Of a stretch of DNA of 64,000 nt, positions 1 through 14,001 are shown one piece after another. This DNA is from Paraspadella gotoi. Lineage: Eukaryota; Animalia; Chaetognatha. The notes under the pieces were generated by a model, which did no database searches, was not told the origin of the DNA, and saw only the letters and a list, made by a program, of their open reading frames with translations. Where the stretch lies: contig CM119267.1 in the NCBI GenBank assembly GCA_051294375.1, forward strand, positions 15,726,105-15,790,104. Direction: 5' to 3'. Made by a program: the position numbers and the translations under genes. How positions within the stretch are numbered: position 1 is the stretch's first letter; each line of letters starts with the position of its first letter.

Positions 1-3000
1 TGGACTGCCCCCGGCCATTGCGAACAATTCCTTCATGTCTAAAGATTGTCCCAATCGTAGACTAGACGGTGAGGTAGCATCGACTAAGGATTCTGAACGT
101 GGAACGGGCTTTGAATCGGGAGAAGAACCATGGACATATAATTTTGAAGGTAAAATATTAACAGTTCGCGGTCCCAATTGAGCGTCTCCAAGAAGGGGGG
201 CGGGGTTTTTTAGAGGACCAATAGCGTTAAGAGAAAAAATTTGGCGAGAGTCGCCAATGTGAGGGGTCACTTGTACAGGAACTTGAGCTTGAGGCGGGGT
301 CACTTTTCTCTGAGTCCGTCCGTCTGGTAAAGAAATTCTGCGTTTGACATCGCCGTCAGTCTCGCTAAGATGGCGATTTTGATCCTTATTGTTCGTGCGG
401 GCGCTTTGATCATTACCGGTCCCTGATTCATTGCCACTCGATTTTCGCCGTCGCATCTCCCTCTCGGCCCTCTTTTCCTTGTTTGCCTTATCAACCGGAC
501 AATCGCGAACATAATGTCCGATCTTTCCGCAAATATGGCATCCCCTGTCCGTCGGTGGCTTTCCTTCCGTTAATCTCTTCGGGTCGAAAAAATAATCAGA
601 AAAACTCGCACATTCCGCCGGCAGCTTGGCTATAGGAGTGCCGAATAGAGAGCGGCCCTTGATAAAAGCCTTCAAGATAAAGCTGTTCATTTTTCTAGAT
701 AGCCCTCCGCCCAGGTTGTGGCTCAGCTCGAATGGATCTTCGATGGCGATGCACACTCCCGTCCACATCTTTTCAAGACGTGAGAGGGGTGCTAATTGGC
801 GAATGGTGACCACACGATCTTTTATCCGAAAGTCTTCCGTGTAAAATCGCAGCAAACCTAACCATAGTTGACCAACTGTTTCCTGATTTTTACCCCATTC
901 AGGCCAAAACTTTTTAACATCTTCGCGCGTTCCCTGAAAATACCAAGCGTTCCAACCGTCGACAATCGTCTCCTTTTTTATACCATTTTCGTCCAGATGA
1001 TCGATTTCTTGGAGACAAGGAATAACGGGGGGAGAACGCTGCTGCAAAAAATACAACACGAGTATGACGTAAGCATAAGAAGACAGGCTTCCTTTAGAAG
1101 CGTCGCCTATATGACACAACTTTGCAAACACTTTCATAACGTAACCAAGAATTTTTACGCGTGGGTCGAAATCTGCATAAAACGCCAGCATGCGAGTGTT
1201 GTGTATGGCCAACGTGTTGTACAATGAAATGTCGCCATCAATACGTGGAGCCCCCTTTTCACGACCTTTAACGTGGGTGAATTTCACGATGGGAACCTTG
1301 GCTGTGACAATGGCAAAGACGTTAACGATACTGGGATGTGGTCGTAGTTTTTTGGCTAAATGTTCAATGAGTTCCCGGAGGTCGTCGTCGGTTAACCCTT
1401 TTACCTCACCATCTCCCAAAGTCATACAGATGTCCATGTCGGATTTTCGAAAACCGAATCCGTTAACCGATGACCCAAAAAGCACCAGTTTTGCGTCTTT
1501 AAAATCTTCTCTGATAAAAGTTTCCAGTTCGCTTAAAATGGTGGTTCGAAGCTGAACCTCACTATCTTTGGGTGCAAATTCTGTGGGTACTCGCTCGCAG
1601 AGGGAGTCTAAGAGATCGCGGTGCTGCGCAGTAAGAAGGGGTAGCGTAACCAAATCCGGCAATTCATCGTCTGGACAACAGTCCTTAAAATGCCCGTCTT
1701 TCAAACAAAGCGAGCAAACTACGGGTGGGCCTTTTCGATCGCCCAGAGTTTCTTTGTCAAAAAAGTATTCCAGAGCCGAGGACTCGAGATCTTCATCACT
1801 AGTATGCGGCTCAAGCAACAATGTCCTCAATTCCCGGCATCGATCGCAGACTGGTTCGTGAAGTTGACGAAGAAAGAATTCGTCAGGATGTTTTGAGACG
1901 GCATTACTTTCTAGTTTCAATTTGTCTTCGAAAAGCGGTTTTAAAGGTTCAAGAGACTGAATTGTGTTTTCTTCCTCTGCGTGCTCACTGCTGTTCTCCT
2001 CGGAAGAATTTTCCGTCGCAGATGAGGAAGCAGAATCATCGTCGTCTTCTTCGTCGTCGTCGCCATTGCCACCAACCAAAGATTCCGCAGAGTCTTTGGA
2101 AGAGGAGTCACGACTAGAATGATTGCCAGTTTCTGTATCGTCGGTCGTTTCAGCTGTAGCCTCAACGCGCTCGTTCCTCAAACTGGTCAGAACTTCTCTG
2201 ATGACGCTGTTAGCCATTTCAGTTCCATAAGCCATGATCTCTTGCACGGCCTTCTTATCGAGTCGGGGAACAAAGGTTGGCTTCCTCTTAAGAACTGCCT
2301 TGACTTCTTCAACGGCATCTTCCATTACTAGATTTGTCAGCAAATCAACGAAATTATCAAACGCCTTGTCGCCCTCAATTGTCTCTCTTTCTTGAGCCTC
2401 AGTTGCCAATGGAATGCTTTTCTCCGCGATGGACGCCTCGCCGACATCATTTTTTCGTTCCACGAATTGTTCGGCGTCAGCGCGATATCTATCCCTCAAA
2501 CGTCGAAGCGTGGCTTCCGAAGCTTCTTTGGAGCATCTGCCCGCAAACTTGTCGAGCAAAGTCCTGCAGCGGCAAATCCATTGAGCTACCCTTGGAGTAA
2601 TGTAGTCGAAGGCAGGACCTCCTACAGTACACAAATAGAATGCTCGTTTTATTTTAAAACATCAAGCCGATTTCTCCGTTTTAAAAATATTAGCGCAGGT
2701 TTTTTTTACCTGAAGATTTGAGCTGCGGAACAGCAAAATACAAGAAAGCGTTTCTGAGTCTCTCGGAAATGTAATCGAAGGTGACAGAAGAAGGTACGGA
2801 GTGGGCCAAGTTACGCTTGTGATTGAAAGGGTCCTCAAGCGCGACGCGCTTCGCGGTCCACTTTTTGTCTTCGCGCTTCAACAGCGCAACTTGTCGAATA
2901 CTGACTACGTAACGATTTGCTTCGAATTCACAACTAAAATGATTTTGGTGTGGAGATAAAACTTGTTCAAGTGAAGTTTAATTTTTATAGTTTATTTTTA

Positions 3001-5570
3001 TTATTACATTTCATTTGATCTCACCTGTAAAATCGCAACAAAGAAAGCCACAGAGCACCCAAATTAAAGGGACTCTTTGAGATCCAAACCTCATCCAAAT
3101 TGGCTAAATCGTCAAAAAAATAGCAGTTTCGACCCTCGACTAGACGCTCTGGTTGAACGTTCGAGTTCACGGGGTAGAGAGACTAAAATAAATCAGACTC
3201 AATTATTTATTTAAGCAGATATCATATCATAAATAAGAGAATGCTAACCTGCAATACTGGAAGCAAAGGTATGGGAGATGTCTGACAAAAATAAATAACC
3301 ATCAAAATAAGAGAATAAGATGGTAGAGTTCCTCGCCATGGTTGGTCAATCTCGAGCAGTTGTCCTAAAAGAAAAGCGGAAAAATTAAAAAATAAAATTT
3401 CAACGTAAAATAACCATATCTAGACTAAAAACGTATTCTTTAATGTGGTACTAGTACTATTAATAAATCACCTACCCAAATAACGAAACAAAATAGCTAA
3501 CTTTGTAGCCCTGCTGTCGATTTTGGAATAGGCTTCGAGCAGCTTAGCAGTTTCACAAGAGAGAAGATTCCCCGTAGAAATAGCGAGACGAATGGGTGAT
3601 TTGGCATCGCTTATATCTGTTGCGTATATGCATGGAATCTTTGACTAAAAAAAAAAAAAGCGCAAGGTCTCCAGTACACTATACATAAATCTGACGTAAA
3701 AAAGAAAATTTATTTTTCGTGAGATGCCATACGGTGATCCTAATCTTTTTGAACCACAAAATTCAAAGTGCTAATCAACTCTCTGATAAATTACCTGAAA
3801 ATCTTTCCTAACATCTTGGTAAAAGTCCATTTCGTCCAGAATCTCCCCAATTTTTAAGACGATCCGGGCAGCGGACCATGAGGAAGATGATATAGTTTCA
3901 GATTTAGAAGAAGCTTTGGCGGGATGAATCCGCACGTCAACGTTGACATCAGATGTTACCAGGCCAAACCCGGTTATAGTAGAACCGTAAATAACCAACG
4001 AGACTAGTTCCGGAGGGATTTTTCCTGTTTGGGTATGAAATCAATTTATATTGATCAAATTTAGTTAAAAAGGAGAGAAAGATTCAAGGGAAAGACAAAT
4101 TAAAAAATTAAAATTTCACAAAAGATCACCGGCTGCTTGTGCTTACCGTCTTCTGTGATTATCGTCTCTAATTTCTTAACGGCGAATTTTCGATGCTTCA
4201 CGTCCTCCTCCTTTAAAGCAACCCGCTCGACAATCCTCTCCAAGGTCTCGTTAATAACTTCTACTTGAGCCGGCGAGGCGCTGGGAAGGTGGCGTAGCAG
4301 GAAATCCTGCTCCTTGGCCTGTTTGATACGGAGATGGCGATCTTCGTGGATGTGCCGAAAACAGAAGCCGACATTGTCCAGATGATAATCACAAGTACGG
4401 CAAAAAAACTTTGCCTGTTAAACGCAAATTATTGGTTGGGCTAAATTCAGAATGGAGGCAGAAAAAAAGACCATTTAGTAGTAGTGTTTACCCTTGGAAA
4501 TCTTGAGTTTTTCTTTCTTAGTAAGAAAATCCCGTCGTTTTCTAAATCTTCGAAGATGGCGTCGGAAGGTATGAGGTCAGGCTTGCCGAAAATATTGAGC
4601 AGTTCGTTGTGGGTCAATGCGATCTGGCTCTTTTTCGGCTTCTCCAGCTGACGGGAAATTCCGGCGCCCGTTTTGAGGGCGTTACGTTGATCCTCTTTGA
4701 CGGCGGCGACGAAGGAAGGTTTAGCCGCGACTTCGCCAGAGTCGAGGGATTCTTCGCCATTCGATTGCGATAAAACGGTCTTTTCGGAAGTCGCGGATAC
4801 CGCGGCGGCCCCCGTCGCTGGCGCAGCGGTCGGTTCCGAGAAGGTTCCCTTTTTTTCCGTCTCTACCCCTCTCGCTTTCTTCGCCGCTTCCCTTTTCTTT
4901 ACCTTCTTCCCTTTCGTCTCCTGGTTCTTCAGTTTGCGTCTCTCTCTACACTGCTGCCGCCACGTCTTCTTCTCCTCCGTCGTCCAGTGTCGAGAGGCCT
5001 CGTGCAGACGTTGACCCGGGAAGCGACAGAGAGGGCAATCTTGCCGACAAGGCGGAGTCAGGCCTGACATATGTATATCGAAATGTTGAGCGCCAAACGA
5101 TGGAGAACAAAAGTGTTAATAAGCTTACCGTACGGAGGGTGTCCGCCACCGACGTTCTCCTCCCCATCGTCGTCCGAAACTTTGATACGCGCGTTGTTTT
5201 TCGATTTGGTCCCCGATCTTTTGTTGATGTTATTTCCTCCGATGTTAGATTCGGTCACCATGGCGACGACCTGCTTGGCTATCGACTTGTGTCCTTCGCC
5301 CATCGCTTTTCCGTGAGTCCTTCGAAGGTCGCCGCCGGTCTTGCCTTCTTTGTCCGACTCGTCGGTGGCCTTTCTCTCCCGACGCTTTCCTCGCCTCTTG
5401 CGAATCTTCTTCCCGCCTTCGCCAACGTCTCGACGGTCGTCCTCCCTTCGCCGCGTCGGCCGACCGTCCGCCGCCTCCTTAGCGACAGGCCTGTCCGCCG
5501 AAGCCCCCGCCGGGACAGACGACATCAAAATTCTCTTCAGTTCGTCCTCTATTTCTCTGTTGGAGCTCAT
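1..5570 (-). CDS. Terminal uridylyltransferase TUT4/TUT7-like (ZCCHC11/ZCCHC6, CID-1-like), multi-exon, 3' end runs off the window
   Basis: N-terminal zinc finger (FFCRTCDYHLDNVGFCFRHIHEDRH, ~4340-4410). First NTase-like domain (VIYGSTITGFGLVTSDVNVD; EDPFNHKRNLA). A large exon <2622 holds the catalytic NTase (LFGSSVNGFGFRKSDMDIC; DISLYN; GSLSSYAY; IEDPFELSHNLG) and a zinc knuckle CRICGKIGHYVRDCP. The ORF track misses that exon because it has no stop in the window. Confidence 0.88.
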
Positions 5571-5721
5571 GCTTCCGACTATGGGGTCAACTCAGGACGC
5601 CCGTTCCCGACCATACCCGATGAACGAAAACCCCCTGGTAAATCTACAGAAAAAAATAACTTCTTAATAAAAAAAATAAAAAAACATAACAAAAAATAAA
5701 AAAATAAAAGACTTCCGCAAA

Positions 5722-7739
5722 TTAGGAACTAATGGGGGAAACAGTATCTTGGCACACCAAGTCTGAGGGTTCTTTTTCTGAATCATCGAGATGGCCGATA
5801 GTCATATCCGGCTTTAACTCTATCCCCACGGATCTCAACGCTTCGACGGCCCAAATCGGGTAATTCCCTCCGTGGTACATAGTTTCCATGAATTTTCTCA
5901 CAAAATCGGGGTATTGGTCATGAAATATAGCGTTCCTGGCATCGCACATAAGTCGATGTTGATAGGTGAGGTTGTGGACAGTGAGATGCTGACAAGATAC
6001 GGGTTGTCGCTGAACGATGGAATGCAAAAAGGCGCGCGTGAAAGTCTTGCAAGTGGGACAGGGGCAATCGGAATCGATCGGAGAAAAATCCTTAGCAAAT
6101 TTTTTTTTGCGCAGCATCAGTTGGCCCGTCGATACCAATGCCCCACCGAACCTGGCCGTTCTGGAAAAGTAAAATAGTATCGCTTGTTTAATACAAACTA
6201 TTTATACTTACCGCTATAAACGTGTCTATATACCTGGTTGGAAAGACGCAGTCGAACATATCGACTCCCAAAGCAATGCATACAACTAAGTCGGTGGCGT
6301 AACCAACGCCCATGCAGTAGCGGGGCTTCATATCGGGAAGTATGTCGGTAGTGATGGACACCTGTAAATCAAATATATATTATAGTTAAATTGACTATTT
6401 ATTAAATGTCTGTTGGATGCAGCAGTTTCATAAGTGAATTCGAAAGTCGACAAAGTTTATAGCATCTCACCATTCTCCAAAAATCGTCCTTGGCTTCGCC
6501 GCCGCTCAAACCCCCGATGGCGTAGCCTGGCGTGTTCCTTTTGACCATCTCCTCCGCACATTTGCGGCGCAATTCCGGATTAAGGCCTCCCTGTATAATG
6601 GCGAAAAGGTTCTGTTCTTCGGGACGTTTGTGGGCCTCCAAGCAGCGATCTAACCATCTGCGAAATTCAATCTGCAACGGTGATTTGTTAAATTTTTTTT
6701 ATACATACTACGTAAAACAATTATAGTGAAGACGATTCCAAAATCACCTTATCGATCTCCACATTGCTTCTTCTACGCGCGGACCAGAAATAGTCGAAGA
6801 GACAACATCGTCAAGCTAAAAGAAAAAAAACGCTTAATGAGTTAATCACAGAGATCGGAATAAAATATTTACGCCTTATTATTTAAAATGATAAATTTAG
6901 GAATATGAACTTTAATTTAAGTTGTTAATTTTACAGAAGCAAAATTTAAGCCATTTGGAAAGAAAAAAAATCGAAACATGCTGCGCACCTGCATTATGAT
7001 ATCAGCACCGATGGTGTTTTGAATGCGGACAGACTCCTCTGGCGTTAACAACTTCCGTTCGAGGTTATAAGGAGAGTCGAAAGTGACGCCCTCTTCTGTG
7101 ATCTCCGCCAGGTCGAGCAACGACACCATTTGAAATCCTCCACTGTCGGTCAATAAGGCACGATCCCATCCCATGAACTTATGAAGACCTGTTTGTAATA
7201 AGGTATAAGCTCACCAGTAACTCTGTAGCGGGCATTAAGCGGGGGTGAACCTGAATCGTATCATCTTATCATTTTTCGTCATTTCAATTTCATTCATTTC
7301 TATTGCGTATTTGTTCACGTTTTGGTTTTTCCAGAATAATTCGTCTCTATCTGCTATTGTTGTCCTTATAGGTTTTAATTTATACTCAGTTTTACTAATC
7401 AAACTCACCACCGCTTTTATCCAATATATCAGTTCCAGGTCTTAACCCCAAATGGTATGTGTTGCTCAGCATTATCTGGCAACCAAGATTTTTCAATTGG
7501 AATGGAGCGAGACCTTTCAACGTTCCTTGAGTTCCAACCGGCATAAATACGGGAGTATCCACAACCTTTGCTCCGACAAAAAAATAATTACAAATTGTTT
7601 GGAAATAAAATATGGGGTTTCTAACTGAAACGATCCAATTTACCTGATGTGGAAGGTACATTTTGGAAACCCTTGCTTTCGTTGTCGAACACTTGGCAAC
7701 AACTTCAAAGCGAAGGGCGGGGCCATGATTCCAATTCAT
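5722..7739 (-). CDS. QTRT1: Queuine tRNA-ribosyltransferase catalytic subunit (multi-exon)
   Basis: [43 protein letters not shown], zinc site CPCPTC...HN. Confidence 0.95.
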
Positions 7740-7896
7740 TGGATCAATCGCTAACAAATTCGAAGATATAAACGATTCAACTCAACAAACGACAAAAAAT
7801 AATTTAATAAATGAATAAACAACGTTTTTCAATCTTCAAGATTCAGAAAAACAAACATAGAAAAACTGTTTATTTTGAATAACTAAGACGAGCGTC

Positions 7897-8700
7897 CTAG
7901 TCAGACTTAGATTTGGCGAAGCATTTTTCTTTCAAAAGTTTCATGACGTCGATCGAAATTTTCGATCCCGCGACTGTCCCGTCGTCTCCAGCTTCGTCCA
8001 CAGAGAAAAGAGAGGAAAACTCGACGAAAATCCTCGGCCAACTTGTCGACATATCCCTCGATTTTTTGACGCGTCCAATGAGAATTTTGTCCGACACGGC
8101 TTCCTTTTTGTGTGCATTAAAACATAATTACACATTTATGTTAAAGAAAAAGAAGACAGTCTTTACCTTGAAAACGCTCACTGCTTCATCGGTCCACCGG
8201 TCCGTGAGACCTGGACTGTCGAGCGGCAACGCGGCTGCAATCGTCTGGAAAGGAAGCCTCGTAAACGAGGAATGCAATCGGCGGAGGTACTTGGATTTGA
8301 TCGAGACGAAAAAACCGTGGTCGGGCAGAAACACGATGGCTTCGCGCTCTCCTTCCAAAAAATCTTTAAATACGACGCGAGCCCAAACGGCTACCTCTTT
8401 GACCCATGCGGCGAATATTTGTCCTGGGCGTGGACGAACGGGAGACGTGAACGAGTCGTTCGAGACCCGATTTAAAGAACCGTAGAGTGACTTCATTTCC
8501 CGCTCCATTTCCTCTAATTCTTTGGCAGCCTTCTCTTCCGCTGGGCACAAGACGAAACGCGTTGGAGCGAGATAAGTCGGTTTGTAGGCTTTTGGGATGC
8601 GCGCTCGCATCCATGTTCCAGTGGGAGGAATATACAAAGCAGGCAGTGACGATTCCAGAAGGTCGACACCAACGACGCCCAATTCTTCTGAGCGAGTCAT
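7897..8700 (-). CDS. Single Tudor-domain protein (2 exons)
   Basis: Extended-Tudor-like segment PRPGQIFAAW...WARVV...AIVFLPDHGFF...LRRLHSSFTRLPFQ...WTDEAVSVFK; second exon ~7897-8100. Confidence 0.7.
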
Positions 8701-8769
8701 TTGTCCGACGACGGATCGCCAAGGGCTTAATTTAAAACCGAGAAAAACGCAAAGAAGAATAAATTAATT

Positions 8770-11043
8770 TTAACTCAAACCAGGAAATACTCGCGACTGC
8801 AACGTCGTCATTTCCATCCAGTGTTTGACTGGAATCGAGTTGAGTTTATCCACGATCATTTGAGAATCCTGCTCAAACATTTTTAAAATCAACACGTGAA
8901 ATCCGGGAGATCGAGGCTTGAGGTGCGCGGTTAATTCTTTCGTCATCTCGTTGCACACGGTTAATGAAGAATCAGAAAAGAGCTCAATCACATATAATGA
9001 CGGGAGAGATTTAACGGAATCGAGAAATAACCGTGAAGTTTGTTTGTGCAGGCTTTCGTATTGGCTGAAGATCACGATTCGCTCCAGTTTTCGACAAGAC
9101 CGCAGCCCCGCGAGAAAACTGCCATTACTGATTGGAAAGCTGGGATGGTCAATGCGGAGATCCACTAAGTTCTCCATTCGCGGCAATGCAGTGGCCAGGC
9201 CAGCAACAAACTCGCAGACTCCCGTCTTGCCGATTTGTGACAAGCTCAAATGCCGCAATCTCAAGCACTCAGAGGAGATCTCCTTAAGGAATGCGAGTTT
9301 TACAGGGCTCGGAACCGAAGCAATAGACAACGAAGTCAACTCTTTTAATTTACACAGATGCCAGAACAGCTGATCGAAACCGCGGTGTCTACTAGTTAAT
9401 TGTCTACTAGTTACAAGGCGACTGATCATCTGCATCGTCGTGCACGTTTTTTGCTCAGATTTTCTCAGAAAAGACTTATTGGGCATTAGATTGACTGACG
9501 GCAAGTAGTGGTGGTCGATCAACTCGACGATTTCCAGATCCGGAGCTAACTCAATCAATTTTTCCAAGTTGCTCTTTTCCTCGTCGTACCGAGCCAAAGC
9601 AGCGCAGATTGAGAGCACCACCGCCCGAAGGCGAGCACAAGATTGTATCGGCAACCGTTTCAACATCCGGGAAAACGGGGTGCCGCTTTGCTGGTCCTCG
9701 ATGACACACGCGTGAGCCACGTCGAGGTGCGTCAAGCGAAAGCAATGACCGAGAATAGAGTTCACGTCGTCCACTCGCGACGCGTTGAACGTTTTGAGGC
9801 TCTGCGTCTCAATGCCGGGCGAACACCGGATCTGCAGCCGCTCTAACGCTTCACCGCGAAAGGCCCCCATCTCCAGATCTCCGCGGCACAGGGCGTCAGC
9901 AAATATTCTAACGCATCTCAATCTGTTCGCTCGGTCAAGATCGACGACGGAATCTTCGCGACCAAAATCGTTGTGGGGAAACCAACGGTCGTTGTTGGCG
10001 AAGTTAAAGACGGTCAACTCTTCGAGTTCGGAAACGTCAAAAGAGCCCTTGCCAAATCGCTTACGAAAGGCGACGTATAGGCGCGAGTTTATTGATGGTA
10101 GCGTTAATTTTCGAAATTTGATCGAAGGTCGGTCCGTTTGCTGTTTATTAAAGTAGCACAAAAGCCGAAGAAAAAGGTTGGAGTAAAAACCAGCCAAGAC
10201 GACTTCGCTGTATCCGAACTTGTCACCAGTCCAAGCAAATTGAAGTTCCTTAAGACTCCCGAGTTCATCTTCGATACGCATGTTCCAATCAAGCCTTGTT
10301 CGGCAGTGATTGAGAACATCGTTGGCAGAGGAATCGTCGACGAGCACGTCCCACGCTGACGTACCATCGATTCGCTCGGCCAACGAGCCCTTGGCCACGA
10401 GAGTCAGCGCTTCAAGGTTTTTTGAGCATAGTCCAACCATGAACTTAAAGTTAACGAGTACGGGCGAGGACGCTGGATCGGCGTTCGAGCGGGCCACGAC
10501 GCCGGCCAGTTTTATTCGCGTCAGCCCTCTCATAGTCCTACGCGCGTTCTCGAAGTCGGCCTTGGTCGTCGCGCGAGCTGGCGTGTCGCGCGCACCGGCG
10601 GCGACACCGTCTCCTCGACACATCTCTTTCTTAGCGTCGACGGTCCACGCCAAGTGGCGAAGTTGGCGGCATTCGACCAAGATTCGAATTAGGGTTGGAC
10701 CATTAACTGAAGTCTCGAGTAGGTCTAAGTCTGTCAGATTGAGGCAACGAGTTATTGCTGGAAAGATGGAAGACGCCGGCATCCAAGTGCAAAAAGCCAA
10801 CGACAAGAAGCGAATGTGGGATTTGGAAATTTTAGTGGCGTCATTGACATCCCTCGCGGAGAAACTAAAGGCGTTTTCAAAGTCCCAATACGCCGCCAAA
10901 TGATTGTGCGAGGCAGCCAGGGTTTTGAAATCGTCTCTAGAACGCCCAAGAGAAAGCTTTTCTGATCCTTTGAAAAACGACATCAAGTAGACACGTAATT
11001 CCAAGGGAAGACGATCGAGATAACTTTCCGTAAATTCCATCAT
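8770..11043 (-). CDS. FBXL18: F-box/LRR protein FBXL18-like, intronless
   Basis: 757-aa ORF. N-terminal F-box (LDRLPLELRVYLMSFF) and LRRs resembling FBXL18 as I recall it (LSLAFCTWMP; LRHLSLSQIG..G; LVDLRIDHPSF). Confidence 0.75.
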   Translation of the reverse strand: MMEFTESYLDRLPLELRVYLMSFFKGSEKLSLGRSRDDFKTLAASHNHLAAYWDFENAFSFSARDVNDATKISKSHIRFLSLAFCTWMPASSIFPAITRCLNLTDLDLLETSVNGPTLIRILVECRQLRHLAWTVDAKKEMCRGDGVAAGARDTPARATTKADFENARRTMRGLTRIKLAGVVARSNADPASSPVLVNFKFMVGLCSKNLEALTLVAKGSLAERIDGTSAWDVLVDDSSANDVLNHCRTRLDWNMRIEDELGSLKELQFAWTGDKFGYSEVVLAGFYSNLFLRLLCYFNKQQTDRPSIKFRKLTLPSINSRLYVAFRKRFGKGSFDVSELEELTVFNFANNDRWFPHNDFGREDSVVDLDRANRLRCVRIFADALCRGDLEMGAFRGEALERLQIRCSPGIETQSLKTFNASRVDDVNSILGHCFRLTHLDVAHACVIEDQQSGTPFSRMLKRLPIQSCARLRAVVLSICAALARYDEEKSNLEKLIELAPDLEIVELIDHHYLPSVNLMPNKSFLRKSEQKTCTTMQMISRLVTSRQLTSRHRGFDQLFWHLCKLKELTSLSIASVPSPVKLAFLKEISSECLRLRHLSLSQIGKTGVCEFVAGLATALPRMENLVDLRIDHPSFPISNGSFLAGLRSCRKLERIVIFSQYESLHKQTSRLFLDSVKSLPSLYVIELFSDSSLTVCNEMTKELTAHLKPRSPGFHVLILKMFEQDSQMIVDKLNSIPVKHWMEMTTLQSRVFPGLS

Positions 11044-11670
11044 TGAAGAGGCGGAAGTTTTTGAAGGAGTGTTATCTTCGATTTACATTAGCAACTGACA
11101 TTTCATTTTCAAAAATACGGGGCCCAGCAAATAACACTTTATGGGTGTAAAACCATAAAATATGTTCAAATTTAAAATAATACCGGAGAGGACATTCATT
11201 CAATCGTACCATGAAATGTGTTTGTGTTTATACCGCCCTCTTTAGGCTATCCTCGTGCCTTTGACTCAACGCAGCTAGGTTCTCAAGGCTTGAAAAACAA
11301 AAGTTTGGAACGTGAGTACCGAGAAGTTCGCTTTTTTTTTTTTCATTAGACCAGCAGAATTTAGAAAAAAATGTTTTATTTTGCCCCCAAGTTATAACCA
11401 GATTTTAGATTTGACAATTAAAACGCTTAGCTTACTGTGCATAAATAACTAATTTAGTAATCCGATTTCTGAGCCAATAACATCTGAATGTGTAAAGTGT
11501 AAAAAATAATGGCTAATTTAAAAAAAAAGTATCCGGTTATATTAGCAACTCTTTCATCGGTTCGGATCTTGCCTTTGCACTCAGTGATTTCCGTTACGCA
11601 CATTGATAATCCTTTCAAAATTATTATTGATGTATAAAGAAGGCTTCATATAAATAGGTGTAGGCGCACT

Positions 11671-14001
11671 CAATGGGGCGAGTTAAAAATTTAGAGCGAG
11701 TACATACTCAAACGAAAATTAATACATTTTTAAGTATACTTTCAATGGACAAAAAAATTTTTATATGGCTATATAGTCTAGTAATTAATTTTTTAATATT
11801 TATTTATAGATAGGAAAGGCCAAAAATTTTATAAATTTTTAATTTTAAAACCACATTGAGATAGCTGATAAAAAGTTATCTACACAAAGTATAATTCTTT
11901 TTTAATTATTTTTTTTGATAAGTAGGTCAAAAATAAGAAAAACTGTAAAAAATCCTCTTTTGATGATTTTATCAGTTTTTTTAGATTTTAAAAGCTGTAA
12001 TTATATTTCTTGTTGAACTTTATATGCTCTATCAGAATCCATCAAAAAATTGTAATATTCCAAAAGTATTTTTTTCTTTATATAGTAATATAATAATTTT
12101 AATTAGGCTAGTACCATAGAAGAAAGCATTTTTAACAAAAAATATTTTAATACTATAATCTATGATCAGTGTTTACTTGTTCAGAAAAATACAATGAGAA
12201 AAAATAATTTACGCTTTATTTCCAGAATCATAAACATAAGAGGTTCACTTCATTTTTCAAGTAGATTAAATTTAAAATTAAATTTAAAATGAAGGAATAA
12301 GTTTAAAGGAAGAAAAATCAATTTAAATTTATGAAAATTAATTATAAAATGATCTTTAAACAAAGTTAAGACAAATGAAAAAAATTATCTTTATAAAAAA
12401 TATTGGTTTATTGGGAATTTGGGATACTGTATGCAAAATCATATATTGGTTGTACGAATTTCATAGAATTTGGTTCAGTAATTTAAGAACCGATACTCGG
12501 TCAAAAAAACGGGGGGAACATTTTCTAATAATCCTATAGCTATTGGAAAGCTGTATATCTATAAACTACTATTACTATAGTTTCCTATGGTAAAAAAAAT
12601 AAAAGGACTTTCCATCTACTTATCTGATTGTACTAACCGTTTAAATAATGTAAAGACCTAAACTTTCTTCGCTGCGATTTAAAAAAAAATTAATTAGGTT
12701 GCCTCGAATTCAAAATCAATCATGTCAAAAGAATTAGATTTAATATCATGTTCTTAAAAAAACAAGATTGACACGAATTTTTCTTTCTTAAATTTGGGTA
12801 AAGTAATAACCTCCGCCGAAGTTTTTGCAAGAAACATGACGTTCAATTAAAGACAATAAATGTTAGCATTCACGTTAATTGCAGTTCGTGAGACAAAGGT
12901 ACCATTAGAATCCATAAATCAACCAAGACACTTACTTACTTAATACAAGTAAAAAATCTGGATAAATATAAATGGTAATAACATTGTCAACGACAATTCA
13001 ATTTATTTTCGATGAATGTGAGAAAGGCATTCTGGTTAATCACATCCTTGTGTTCGTATGCACCGAGTCCGTTGGGCCAAACGACAGAGAAGGAGCCCGA
13101 CTTCAAACAAGTTTTAAAAGAAGCAATCGACTCCGAGGGGCGCTTGTACGTGGATTCACCATTAACTACGTTGAACCTTCGAGAAAAAAATAAAACAGAA
13201 CTTGGATTATGACGTAAGGCGATATAACCAATTAACCATATACATTTTATATATTGATCGTTCAACGAAAGTCTCACACACTCACCAGTAATCAGATTTG
13301 TTGGTTTTCGAAAAAGCAGATATCCAAGGCTCTTGAGATGTTCGAATAAGAAGCAGACTAGTCGGCAATAAAGATCGATATTGACTAAACGGAACTTCCA
13401 CGGGAAACTGATAACACCACCTAGGCGTGCCACCACATCCTTTGACGAAAAATTAATAGTAGACGTTGACTATGATTTTATTATTGTAGTGATAGCGGTA
13501 GCCGACCAAATTTAAATTTTAATGGGAACAGCATTAAAATGTTTTTTTGCAAAAATGTTCCGAACCATGAGTAATTCGTTATTAAAATTATTATATATCT
13601 ATATAATGAAAAAATACTTTTAGGAATTATTAATTTTTTTGATGGATTCTAATAGAGCAATAAAGTTAAACAAGAAATTAATTACACTTTTAAAATTATA
13701 AAAAAATGAAAACTATAAAATCATCAAAGAGAGTGATTTTTTACAGTTTTTCAATTTTTGACCTATTATCAAAAAATAATTAAAAAAGAATTATACTTTG
13801 TGTAGATAACTTTTATAAGCTATCTAATTGTTTTAAAATAAAAATTAAAAAATTTTTGCTTTCCTATCTATAAATAAATATTAAAAAATTAATTACTAGT
13901 CTATATAGCCATAAAAGATTTTGGTCCTTTGAAAGTATACTTAAAATGTATGAAGTTTCATTTGGAAGGTTCCCAAATCAAACTTCTGATCAGCCCCATT
14001 G
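11671..14001. repeat. Dispersed inverted repeat pair (~11671-12100 vs ~13600-14001) bracketing the last two CMTR1 exons
   Basis: AAGTATACTTTCAA...TATGGCTATATAG...TAGATAGGAAAG recurs in reverse complement; outer ends CAATGGGGC / GCCCCATTG. Confidence 0.7.

Noticed and set aside
626-2721. Series of plus-strand ORFs
   Set aside because: Antisense shadows of the large minus-strand TUT exon
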